The notes beneath the pieces are model-generated. The model was not told the origin of the DNA, made no database searches, and saw only the letters and a program-made list of their open reading frames with translations. The position numbers and the translations under genes are program-made. 64,000 nucleotides of DNA from Trueperaceae bacterium (GTDB lineage Bacteria > Deinococcota > Deinococci > Deinococcales > Trueperaceae). Positions 39,712-48,944 of this stretch are shown piece by piece. Position 1 is the first letter of the stretch, and the number at the start of each line of letters is the position of its first letter. The stretch covers positions 4,224,001 to 4,288,000 of the forward strand of contig CBDCDZ010000004.1 in assembly GCA_965215565.1 (NCBI GenBank). Reading direction: 5' to 3'.

Positions 39712-39912
39712 TTATTCGGGCTTGGTAAAATCGAGTAAGGGTTCATCGAAGTCTTCCGCTATCGTCATCGCGCCCTTGTGCATATCGAGGATGAGCGGCT
39801 GTTCATGAGGTGAAGCTGTTTTTTGAAGCGACAACGCATACTCATATACTTTTGTCTGCAACTCGAGCGGCAACGTTTCGACAAGGGTAAGTAAACTGTC
39901 TTCAAGGTTATC
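39712..39912 (-). pseudogene. DUF2281-like antitoxin without an in-frame start (not in ORF track)
   Basis: Hand translation DNLEDSLLTLVETLPLELQTKVYEYALSLQK...MHKGAMTIAEDFDEPLLDFTKPE*. Confidence 0.7.
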
Positions 39913-40056
39913 GTAGCAGGCTGATAAAACTGAGAAAAATAGTCGCTTGCGTCGTCAGGCGGAGTCCGGGACTTTGCTCGCCCTATCACAAAGATTTCCG
40001 ATCAACTCTTGAGGGTTGACCGGAAAAGATGTCGGTTACTTCTAGCTTATCCTCAG

Positions 40057-40387
40057 TTATACGGGTTCCGGTTGATTACTGCATAAACTCTTGCAGAGTT
40101 TCTTCCGTGCTCACCGGAATCCGTACTTGTTTCTACTCGCTGGAGAGTCCTCAACTGCTAGCGGGAGCGAACTAGCCCCAACGGCTAGCGGGAGCGGTCC
40201 ACGCGACGCGGGCTTTGCCCGTTCTAGGGTCCACGCGACTGCGTATCATGCCGTTATAAAAGCTCATTGCTTCTATTTGAAGATGCAACGGCAGGGCGGC
40301 CTGCCCGTAACGCCACCTCCAGTTGAGGACTCCTTGCTCGGGATTAAATACGCGACTTTATCGCGTATTTTACCGGAAAGGGTATTA
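40057..40387 (+). mobile_element. MITE-like repeat family D, copy 2 (with internal insertions)
   Basis: TTATACGGGTTCCGG...CCGGAATCCGT...ACCGGAAAGGGTATTA; contains the family C unit at 40285-40313. Confidence 0.7.
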
Positions 40388-41569
40388 CTTCTGTCTCACC
40401 CTTACATAATCGATCTCAAACGCATTCGGAAACGTCGTTACGCGGGTGGGCGGCTTGCCCCAACTGCGCTCACTCGAAACCGCTAGGTTGAAGATCAGGT
40501 TCATCGGCTCGTCGGGTATCGCGGCCTTGTCCGTGACGCGGTAGCGGAGTTTGCCGTCTACGTACCACTCGAGCCTGTCAGAAAGCCACACCAGCTTGTA
40601 GTCGTGCCAGCCTTTATCGAGCCCCCTGATATCAGCGTTCGCGCCGTACTGCTTATGCTTTCCTCTGTCATGCCAGTGGACGTGAAACTCCGCTGTGGTG
40701 GGGCGCTCCATGACGAGTTCTAGGATGTCGATTTCGTTCGTCCACCGGCCGGTCTTAGGCAGCAACCAAGCGGCGGGGAACATGCCGACCGTGTTGCCCT
40801 GGGGCAACTTGGCTCGAAAGGTGACTTCACCATACTTGAAGTTGAAGGTCTCGTCTGAGGAGATGACGCCACCCGTAAGGTCGAACGCACCTCTGTACCG
40901 GGTCCATACGCGCTCGTTGTCGGCGACCAGACCAACGCGACCGTTCTTTACAATGACGTTCTCCGCTCTGAACCACTGGGTGTTGCCCTGAAAACCCGCG
41001 CGTCCGCCGTCGGGGTCCTCGCTCCAGTGAAACTGGGTGCGCCACTTGCGCTTATCCAAGCGTGAACCGTCGAAGCCGTCGTAGAACACGGTGCGCCAAC
41101 CCTTGGAGGCTTCGTCGCCATCCGAAGGTCGCTCACCTGAGGGAGTGACCTTAAAGCGCACTATCTCCTGCAAACTCGTGTAGCTTTTGCTACCTCTTAG
41201 GACGCGGTAGTAGCAGCGCACCTTGACGCTGTAGTCGCCCGCTGACGAACCCTTGAAACCCGCGCTGCCGCCGTAGTCGTAGGGCGTCACGTCCTCCCTG
41301 TTGACGTAGGCGTTCTTCTCATCCCAAAAGAGACACTTGTAGGGTTTTTTGCCCTTGTAGAGAACGTCCTGGGCGCGGCTGAAGATGCGGTACGTCGTGT
41401 TGGGTTTCAAGGTCGCCCCGGCGAGCGGCTTAGCGTCCGAGCGGTCTCGGTTGGGCGAGTAGAATAAGGCGCTGTCGAACGAAGGAACCGCCTGAGACTC
41501 CAGGGTCGGGGGTTCGCTCACATTACAAGCGGCGAGGAGTAAAACGAGCATGAGGGGGACTTTACGCAT
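40385..41569 (-). CDS. GH16 glycoside hydrolase lipoprotein with an extra N-terminal domain
   Basis: Lipobox LAAC; FYDGFDG; catalytic EIDILE; IDYVRV. Confidence 0.88.
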   Translation of the reverse strand: MRKVPLMLVLLLAACNVSEPPTLESQAVPSFDSALFYSPNRDRSDAKPLAGATLKPNTTYRIFSRAQDVLYKGKKPYKCLFWDEKNAYVNREDVTPYDYGGSAGFKGSSAGDYSVKVRCYYRVLRGSKSYTSLQEIVRFKVTPSGERPSDGDEASKGWRTVFYDGFDGSRLDKRKWRTQFHWSEDPDGGRAGFQGNTQWFRAENVIVKNGRVGLVADNERVWTRYRGAFDLTGGVISSDETFNFKYGEVTFRAKLPQGNTVGMFPAAWLLPKTGRWTNEIDILELVMERPTTAEFHVHWHDRGKHKQYGANADIRGLDKGWHDYKLVWLSDRLEWYVDGKLRYRVTDKAAIPDEPMNLIFNLAVSSERSWGKPPTRVTTFPNAFEIDYVRVRQK

Positions 41570-42070
41570 AAAACCTCCGGTGAGACGCCCCACGGCACAA
41601 CATGATGGGACCAAAACCTTTTTGATGAGATTAAAAAGGTCGTGCGTCTTCGCTGATTTGAGTGGTTGATGTACCCGTAACGACTGGAGATAACTACGCT
41701 GTTAGGCGCAGGTGACGCTCAACTCACTGCGGCAGCGTAACGAGAGGAGGGGCTAGGCTGCGGTGAATTTTTCTACCTAGTTTTTGCGGGTGGGCTGAAC
41801 TGTCGTGTTACTTTCCCAGAGCACCGTCGCGTTCTGAGAGAGAAAAACACCGTCCTACACGACTATCGTAGGCAAAGCTAACGACGTCAGAACCGTGCAT
41901 TCGAAATTTTTCACATCTTACTTTTTGAACGTGCCATATCAGACTGAAAAGGGGTGTCACGATGTGGTCGCGAAGCTCGCCGCGTTGCTCCCACTGGACG
42001 AAGTGAAGGCGTCCGAAGTTACGCTCCTTCATGTATATAGCAATTAACGTAAACACTGAGCTTGAATCAC

Positions 42071-42146
42071 GCAAATATCATTCCCGAATGCGCGTGCTAG
42101 ACTGTGTTTTCCCCTTCCAGATTGGCTCAAACCAAATGATACTTGC
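42071..42146 (+). repeat. Family A element, copy 8
   Basis: TCAC|GCAAATATCATT...AATGATACTTGC|TA, 76 bp. Confidence 0.85.
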
Positions 42147-42153
42147 TATACTC

Positions 42154-42351
42154 CTACAAAAAGCTCAAGATTCTTCTCACGATAAGCGTGGTGAAAAAGA
42201 GTGAGGCGAGCGTGAGTAAAAGTCCTAGCGCGACCCTGCGCCGTTTAGAGTTTAGTTTGCCCGTGTGCCTGAGGTACTCGAGCAAGGTAAACCCAAGCAG
42301 AACGAGCGCCACTGCGAGCGCGACGTCTGTTGGGGGTGCGCCTTCAGGCAT
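42154..42351 (-). CDS. Small two-TM membrane protein
   Basis: Two hydrophobic helices; 3 nt after the upstream gene. Confidence 0.65.
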   Translation of the reverse strand: MPEGAPPTDVALAVALVLLGFTLLEYLRHTGKLNSKRRRVALGLLLTLASLFFTTLIVRRILSFL

Positions 42352-42354
42352 ATG

Positions 42355-42702
42355 TCACGACTCTGGTACGTATTCGGGCGCTCTATCGCCACGCAGGAGC
42401 CGCAGCGCTGTGCCTGGCACGCTCAAGGCGAACAAAAACCAGAAGTTGGCTTCCAGAGGCCAGAGTCCTAAGAGGACCGTGACTTCCGCAGTGAGCGTGA
42501 CCAGCACGAGGCTGAGCGCCACGCTCAGCACAAAGTCGCTTACGGCGTCCAGGTGAAAAACGCTCAGCAGCGCCGCGCCCGGACAGAGCAGCAAGAAGAC
42601 TGCTGTCGCCACCGGACGCACAGAAAAAGGCGGCAGGGTGAGCTGACTTACGCCAGCGAGCAGCGTGATGAAGAGTAGGCTCAGCGCCCAGAGGGTCTTC
42701 AC
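42355..42702 (-). CDS. Small multi-TM membrane protein
   Basis: LLCPGAA motif; overlaps the upstream stop (GTGA). Confidence 0.7.
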   Translation of the reverse strand: MKTLWALSLLFITLLAGVSQLTLPPFSVRPVATAVFLLLCPGAALLSVFHLDAVSDFVLSVALSLVLVTLTAEVTVLLGLWPLEANFWFLFALSVPGTALRLLRGDRAPEYVPES

Positions 42703-44606
42703 GGCTGCGCTCCGGTAGCCAGGGGGCTCAGGGTGAAGACCACCGCGTCTTCGTTCTCAAAAAAGACCTCGAAATCTGGGGAGTCGCGGAGCGCACGCTC
42801 GATGCGCCCCAACGACCCCGGCGGCAGCTCACCCAGCGCGTCTATGTCCGCGCGTTGACCGCGCGTCAAGATGAGGTAGGCGTCCGTGTAGACGCTGCCG
42901 CTCATCCAGGTTTTCATCTCTGCGGCGGGCTGCGCCAGGATGCGCTCGCGCGACGCTAGAGGCTCTCGAGCTAGGGGGACGTGGATGTAGTCTTCGTAAT
43001 GGGTGAATCTCGAGGGGTAGTTGGGCGACCCCTCCACGATGAGCGAGCCTGGGGGGGCGGCGCGGTACATCGTCTGCGCCGCTTCGACCTCTTCCGGTGA
43101 GAAGTAGAACTGTTGCTCCTTGCCGTAATAGGCAACTGTAAAGCCCGCGAGCAGCAGGGCGCTTAGGAGGACGACAGCGGCACTCCGCCACCAAGACATG
43201 TGTGATTCGGGCTGTGCGTTTCGTAGAACGTCCTGTAAAGCAGCTTCATCCTCAGCAAAGAATAAAGACGCCACCCACAGCCCCATAAAAGGCAGCGCGA
43301 AGAGATACACGCGGAATAGGACTTCGCCGCCGTAGGCGTTGCCCGCGAGCACTAAAAAGGGAGCCCCGGTCAGCGCGATGAGCCCCCAATCCGAGCGAGC
43401 ACGCCACCTGAACACGTGACGCGCTACGCCGAGAAATGCCAGCCCCCACACACCAAGGGTCAGCGCGCGACCTGCCAGCGAAACGAGCCGCTGCGCCGGG
43501 CTTATCTCGCTGAGGTTAATGAGCGTACCCTCGATGTTCTCTGAAAGTTGACCGAACGACGAAACCAGGTCTGCGATCTCGGTTCGAAAATAAGGCGTTG
43601 CGCCGTAAACGACCCAGGTCGCGGTCATGACCGCCATGAGCGCGGGTAGACCCAAGGCCCGGTTGCGCGTAAAGAGGATCAGCGCACCTAAACTCAAGAC
43701 GGTGAAGATAGGGGTCAGTTGGTGAGAGGTCGCGATCACCGCGAAGAGCCCTATGAGAAACAGCAGCGCCGCTGCAACCGTAGACTTAGGTGTAGCGGCG
43801 CGGCGCGGTGCGTCCGGCGCGTCACGTACGGCGAACCACCGCGCCGCCACGCCGAGCGCGACGAGGTGAAAAAAGAGCGCAAAGGCTTGCGGTGAGAAGT
43901 AGTCCTGGCCGACCCAACTGGTGATAGTGACGAACCAGAGCGCCAGCCAAACGCGGCGCGGCGAACGTACAAGCGCCCCGAAGAGCACGTAGAGCGCCCC
44001 GAGGTTCAAGAGGTTGAAGAATACAGGAGCCCAGGCTGCGGCACGCGCTACAAGGAGGGCGTTGTCGAGACCAGCAACTCGAAAGAAGAGCGCAACCGAG
44101 GCGAAGAAGCCGGGCCAGTTGTGATAGACGTTCAACGTGTCAATGGTCCGGTCAACCGTACCGTAGCGCAAGATGTAGTCCACGATGCCCACGTGCTTCC
44201 AGGCCCACGAGTAGCGGAGCGTGTCGTAGACCAGCGCGGGCGTGCCGTGCACGATCAGGATGAAGAGCACGAGATGCGAGCCGAGCAACCACCCCGTGAG
44301 GCGCGGCGCGCTGAGCGTCAGCGAAAAACTGAGCGTGAGCACTGCGAGCGAGAGGTAAAACTGCACGGGCAAGATAGACAGAAGCCCGAAGTCGCTTATG
44401 AGGTCGGGATTGAGGGGAAGCGCGAAGTACCATAGTAGCGCCGCGAGCCCGAGGCCAGCGCAGGACAAGCGGGTGCGCCGCGTCGAACGCTGAGGTGAGT
44501 GCTCGGGCGCTACTTGCGGGTGTGCTGGTTGACGCTCCGACCTCTCGCTGGCGTGGTGTTCGAATCTATCCACCACCACGCGGACCTCTCGCGAGCGGCG
44601 GGTCAC
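42699..44606 (-). CDS. Large polytopic membrane protein, GT-C/Wzy-like polymerase candidate
   Basis: More than 10 TMs; YSWAWKHVG, YHNWPGFF, GQDYFSPQ and SHQLTP motifs; GTG overlaps the flippase stop. Confidence 0.65.
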   Translation of the reverse strand: MTRRSREVRVVVDRFEHHASERSERQPAHPQVAPEHSPQRSTRRTRLSCAGLGLAALLWYFALPLNPDLISDFGLLSILPVQFYLSLAVLTLSFSLTLSAPRLTGWLLGSHLVLFILIVHGTPALVYDTLRYSWAWKHVGIVDYILRYGTVDRTIDTLNVYHNWPGFFASVALFFRVAGLDNALLVARAAAWAPVFFNLLNLGALYVLFGALVRSPRRVWLALWFVTITSWVGQDYFSPQAFALFFHLVALGVAARWFAVRDAPDAPRRAATPKSTVAAALLFLIGLFAVIATSHQLTPIFTVLSLGALILFTRNRALGLPALMAVMTATWVVYGATPYFRTEIADLVSSFGQLSENIEGTLINLSEISPAQRLVSLAGRALTLGVWGLAFLGVARHVFRWRARSDWGLIALTGAPFLVLAGNAYGGEVLFRVYLFALPFMGLWVASLFFAEDEAALQDVLRNAQPESHMSWWRSAAVVLLSALLLAGFTVAYYGKEQQFYFSPEEVEAAQTMYRAAPPGSLIVEGSPNYPSRFTHYEDYIHVPLAREPLASRERILAQPAAEMKTWMSGSVYTDAYLILTRGQRADIDALGELPPGSLGRIERALRDSPDFEVFFENEDAVVFTLSPLATGAQP

Positions 44607-45931
44607 GCGCGTACGCTCCGGGCGCGGCGCAAGCGGGTGGCGAGGAGCACGCCCATGACTACGCTCTGCGCGAGCAGCCAGGCCCAGCCTACCCCCGTGA
44701 CGCCGTAGCGACCGAGCAGGGCGCTGGAAAACCCTAAAACCAGCAGGCATAAGCCGCTATTCACCCAAAAGATAGCCGCGATGTCGCGTTTGACCCGCGC
44801 CACGCTGATGTAGGTGGAGACCACCACAAAGGGCAGCGCTGAGAGGCTTAAAAGCCTCAGCAGCGTGACGCTTTCAGCGGCGTAGGCGTCGCCGTAGAGC
44901 TGTAAGAGGTAGGGCGCAAGGAGGACGATGAGTGCGACGACGGGCACCATCAGTCCGAGGGTCTGCCGGAGGGTCTGCACACTGTAAGCGCTCAGTTTCG
45001 TCTCGTCTCTCGAGCCCTCTGTCACTAGCGACATCCCCATGTTAAGGCTCACTAGGTAGAGGGTGTCGGCAATCGTCCAAGCTAGATAGAAGTAGGCGCT
45101 CGAGGCCGCCCCGACCCGCTCTAAGATGATGAGCGGCAGCAGGTCAACGGTCCCTATCCAGACGAGCGAACTGAGGTAGTCGCCCGCCACGAAGCGGATG
45201 ATGCCCCTGGGCGTCACTGGGTTGCTCCTTGGTAGACGCTCCTCTGCGCTTTCCAGGTTTGTATCCCTCGGGTTGATACTCCCTATGTTCTGCGTGCTCG
45301 AGCGCACGTGCGCGGGGATGAGACGAAAGAAGATAAGGGCGTTCATCGGGATGATGAGCACCCAGAGCGGAAGGGTCCAAGAGACGAAGACGCCCTGCTG
45401 CGGGAACACGCCGACCAAGAGCACGAGGAGACCGATCTTCGCCGCCGAATAAAAGACGTTTTCTAAAGGCACCCACTTGGACTGCCGCAAACCGATGAGC
45501 ACGCCGTCTTGCAGGACGAAAAGGCACCAGCTCACCGTTGCGAAGACGAACCAGAGCGCTGCGCTGGGACTCTTGAGTGTGCTCAGGCTGGGGGTCCAGA
45601 GATCGAGCCCCCACAAGAAGACCACGCTGCCGCACACCGCCATCGTAATACTCACCGCGTAAGCGCTGAGGATAAGACGCGCCGTGCTGCGCCCGGCTGA
45701 AGGGACAAAGCGGTTTAGCGCGTGGACCAAATTGAACTGCGACACGTTCGCTAAAAAGAACATTGCCGCGAGCGTCGCTGAGCCGAGCCCAACGGCCTCC
45801 GCCGAGTAGAGTCGCGCCGCCGCAATCCAGTAGCCCACACCCAGCACTGAGGTCGCGCCCGAGCTGAGCACCAGCGCGTAGCCGTTCAGTGCCAGCGGCG
45901 CCCTGAGTTGTTCAAACCATCTAGCAACCAT
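44603..45931 (-). CDS. Wzx-like polysaccharide flippase (MATE-like)
   Basis: SVLGVGYWIAAARLYSAEAVG; ~12 TMs; YGVTGVGWAW. Confidence 0.85.
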   Translation of the reverse strand: MVARWFEQLRAPLALNGYALVLSSGATSVLGVGYWIAAARLYSAEAVGLGSATLAAMFFLANVSQFNLVHALNRFVPSAGRSTARLILSAYAVSITMAVCGSVVFLWGLDLWTPSLSTLKSPSAALWFVFATVSWCLFVLQDGVLIGLRQSKWVPLENVFYSAAKIGLLVLLVGVFPQQGVFVSWTLPLWVLIIPMNALIFFRLIPAHVRSSTQNIGSINPRDTNLESAEERLPRSNPVTPRGIIRFVAGDYLSSLVWIGTVDLLPLIILERVGAASSAYFYLAWTIADTLYLVSLNMGMSLVTEGSRDETKLSAYSVQTLRQTLGLMVPVVALIVLLAPYLLQLYGDAYAAESVTLLRLLSLSALPFVVVSTYISVARVKRDIAAIFWVNSGLCLLVLGFSSALLGRYGVTGVGWAWLLAQSVVMGVLLATRLRRARSVRA

Positions 45932-46036
45932 AGTGATCCTCGAGCCCCGTTCGCTGGCTCATCGACGTGCATCCTTTCGTGCTCTTTATACCCTTAGGCG
46001 CACCGCGCTTCGCTCGTCGGCTGCGTTTGCACCATC

Positions 46037-46939
46037 TCAGTCGCGCATCCACACCCGGACATAGTCGATCTCAAAGCTGCTTGGAAAGGGCGTATCCGCG
46101 TTCGGGCTGCCCGGCCAATCGCCGCCCACCGCTAAGTTCGCGATGAGGTACATGGGTTCGTCGGGAACGTACGCCTTGTCGCCCGCGAAGTGCGCCCGCT
46201 TGGTCCCGTTGATATACCAGGTGACGCCCTGAGGTTGCCAATCAACCGCAAACACCTGCCAGCCCGTGAGCGGCTCGGGGCTCCTCCAACTGTGGTCGGC
46301 TCGCTGGTAGTCCCCCTGCTCGTCCAAAAAGTGAAAATTCATGTGCGCGTTTCTAGGGTTGTGACCGAGCACTTCCATGATGTCTATTTCGGGGCGGGCG
46401 TCGTGATCAACCGGCAGCAGCCACAGCGCGGGCCATAGCCCACGACCTGAGGGCATGTTGGCCTTCACCTCGACGTAGACGTGCTTGAAGGTCGCTCTCG
46501 GCTCGGCGCTAAGGTCGTGGGTATCCCGACCCGTCGTGATCATCCCCGATGTGTAGTCGTACGTCTCTCCCCTCGAGTTTTCATTTGAGACGCGCACGCG
46601 CTCCTCTTGCGCCCTCAAGACGAGGTTGCCTCCCTCAACGGTGACGTTCTCGGGCCTGTACCACTGTAATTCGTTGTTGCCCTCGTTGGTGCACCCCTCG
46701 TTATCCCAAGCGTCGTCCCACCAGTAGCAGGTGGTCCACTTGTCCGTATCGAGCGCGTCGCCCTCGAACTCGTCGGAGAAGACGAGAGTCCATTGACCCG
46801 ACTGGCCCAAAGGTGCGGCTGGACCTGGTGTCTCTGAGGGCTGGACGTCTGAAGGCTGATGTTCGGCTCCATAACCGTAGCCAAACCCAAACAGCCCAAA
46901 GAGCATTAAAAGGAAGAAGTACGTGCGGGACATGCTCAA
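46037..46939 (-). CDS. Secreted GH16 glycoside hydrolase
   Basis: WTLVFSDEF, YTSG, GLWPALW, EIDIME and IDYVRVW motifs. Confidence 0.92.
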   Translation of the reverse strand: MSMSRTYFFLLMLFGLFGFGYGYGAEHQPSDVQPSETPGPAAPLGQSGQWTLVFSDEFEGDALDTDKWTTCYWWDDAWDNEGCTNEGNNELQWYRPENVTVEGGNLVLRAQEERVRVSNENSRGETYDYTSGMITTGRDTHDLSAEPRATFKHVYVEVKANMPSGRGLWPALWLLPVDHDARPEIDIMEVLGHNPRNAHMNFHFLDEQGDYQRADHSWRSPEPLTGWQVFAVDWQPQGVTWYINGTKRAHFAGDKAYVPDEPMYLIANLAVGGDWPGSPNADTPFPSSFEIDYVRVWMRD

Positions 46940-46941
46940 GT

Positions 46942-48051
46942 TTACCCCGAGGGGTCCTTGAAGCCTATCGCCCGCTTGACACCCTCTCGCAACGCGCGGT
47001 CCGCTTTGGTAAGCGGCAGACGCTCCAAGCGGTACTCGTGATGTTCGTACGCACGCGCCCCAAAGCGTTCCTTAAAGTTGGACAAGTTTTCCGACCAGGC
47101 CGATTCACCCATGTGGTAATAGCGGCAGCCCGCCTCGCACGCCTCTTGAATCGCTACGGATTGCAGCAGGTCGTTCGCATTCACGGGTCCTGCCAGCTCT
47201 TTGTCCATCGCTCCCCGGATGTAGTCCGCGTTGTTTTTACCCAGCAGGACAATCGTCGCGGCGACAGGCTGTCCTTCAAACCAAGCGACCCGCACGCGGC
47301 AGGCGTCGCCTAAGACGCGGGCCATGTCGTCAAACTTGCGCTCCGGGTCGCGCGACGAGGTGCGCAGGTGCGAGAGCCAGCGCGGTTCGTTCTGTTGCAG
47401 CGCCCAGCGGTCCACCGAGCGGCGCAAGAGGTCGTAGAAGACGGGGATGAGCTTGCTGCTCCCACACTCGACCACCACGCCCAACTTCTGCGCCTTGCGC
47501 ACCTTGTTGCGAGTTTTGGACAAAAAGCGCTCGCGCCACACCTTATCGAAACCACCCGCTAGGTCGAGGACGTGTTCGCGGCGCGGCACTGCGGTGACGC
47601 CCTCGGGCAGCGCGTCACGCCACAGGTCGCGGCGCAGCGGATTGGGCGAGAGGTTCAGGCTGAGAAAGGAGCGTTTTGCAAGGTCAGCGAACACGGCTCG
47701 CAGCTCTTCGGGGCGAGGTTCGCGCCGCGCCAGCACATCGCCGATACCCCAAGCGTACGGCCACGACGCCTGCACCGCGAGCGGTCCCGGCAGACCTTTA
47801 CGCTTGACGATAGGCATGAGGAGCTGCTGGCCGTCTGCAAACTCGTAGAGGCGGCTCGCGTCCTCGTAGCCGCCGCCCGCGAGGAGGCACTCGAGCCAGT
47901 CAGGGGTTTGCGTCAGGAGCGACTCGGGGTCACGCTCGTACAGTTCTTGCCAGAGCGCTCGAGGCGCGGGCGTGACGACGTCGGTGAGGGTGGCAACCTC
48001 TCCGCTAGACGGCGCGTAGGGACGAAAAGGATTGAGTACGTTCGAATTCAT
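46942..48051 (-). CDS. GNAT-family transferase (FemAB/CelD-like)
   Basis: KTRNKVRKAQKLGV; ANDLLQ...AC...YHMGES...FKERFGA. Confidence 0.85.
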   Translation of the reverse strand: MNSNVLNPFRPYAPSSGEVATLTDVVTPAPRALWQELYERDPESLLTQTPDWLECLLAGGGYEDASRLYEFADGQQLLMPIVKRKGLPGPLAVQASWPYAWGIGDVLARREPRPEELRAVFADLAKRSFLSLNLSPNPLRRDLWRDALPEGVTAVPRREHVLDLAGGFDKVWRERFLSKTRNKVRKAQKLGVVVECGSSKLIPVFYDLLRRSVDRWALQQNEPRWLSHLRTSSRDPERKFDDMARVLGDACRVRVAWFEGQPVAATIVLLGKNNADYIRGAMDKELAGPVNANDLLQSVAIQEACEAGCRYYHMGESAWSENLSNFKERFGARAYEHHEYRLERLPLTKADRALREGVKRAIGFKDPSG

Positions 48052-48944
48052 GAAGGCTCATTTCCGTCTGAAGGAGACTGTCTTGGTGTCTGATGTGGGC
48101 TGGCGCTCAGCACGCGCTTGGCGCGGCGCACCAAGCGCCACCCTTTCGTGCGCCACGCCTCACCGCGCGGCGCAACGCGCAAATCGTCGCCTCTGAGGAG
48201 CGCTCCAAAGGTGGCGAGGTCGGCGTCGGCGAACACGATGAGGCGAGCGAGCGCGAAAGGGTCGTCGTGGGGGGCGCTCAGCGCGTGCTTGACCGCGCAA
48301 GCTGACGTGAAGCCGAGGTTTTGAACGAGCGCTTTAAGCGCCGGGCTGTGGTAGCCGTGCGGGTAGGCGAAGCTCGAGATAGCCCCCAGGTGCGCCTCTA
48401 GCGCCCCTTTCGAGCCTGCAATTTCCGCTTTCGCGTCGCCCCAACTGAGCGTGTCAAGCTGCGGATGCGTGCGCGTATGTGCGCCGCACTCAACGCCGCG
48501 TCCGGGCAGTTCGCTGATCTGCTGCCAACTCAGCATCGGTCGGTCGCCTTCACCCTCGGCGGCCAGCCAACGGCTCGTCTGACCGACGTAGTCCGTCGTG
48601 ATATAGAGCGTTGCGGGACAGTCGTAGCGCTCCAGCAGGGGTAGCGCGTCCGTGTAGAAGTCGGCGAAGCCGTCATCGAAGGTGATAGCGACGGGGCGCT
48701 CGGGCAGCCGCGCTCCAGCTATGAGGTGTGCGAGTTGCGACACGCTCAGAGGTGTATAGCCGTTCTCGCGCAAATGACGCAGATGGGACGCAAACAGTGC
48801 GGGGGACACGGCCCAGGGTGCAAAGCGCGGCGAGGTGTGCTCCGAAATACTGTGGTAGAGCAAGATAGGTACCGTCTTAGGGGCGTTACCGGTGTTGCGA
48901 ATTTCATGACGTCCGCCTTGATGGGCGGGGTGAACGCGCGTCAC
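48048..48944 (-). CDS. Polysaccharide deacetylase (CE4)
   Basis: PILLYH, ITFDDG, HTRTHP and FAYPHG motifs. Confidence 0.92.
   Translation of the reverse strand: MTRVHPAHQGGRHEIRNTGNAPKTVPILLYHSISEHTSPRFAPWAVSPALFASHLRHLRENGYTPLSVSQLAHLIAGARLPERPVAITFDDGFADFYTDALPLLERYDCPATLYITTDYVGQTSRWLAAEGEGDRPMLSWQQISELPGRGVECGAHTRTHPQLDTLSWGDAKAEIAGSKGALEAHLGAISSFAYPHGYHSPALKALVQNLGFTSACAVKHALSAPHDDPFALARLIVFADADLATFGALLRGDDLRVAPRGEAWRTKGWRLVRRAKRVLSASPHQTPRQSPSDGNEPS

Noticed and set aside
41570..42070. Possible c-di-GMP riboswitch or small ORF upstream of the GH16 lipoprotein
   Set aside because: No GEMM consensus on the coding strand; the 88-aa ORF lacks coding features
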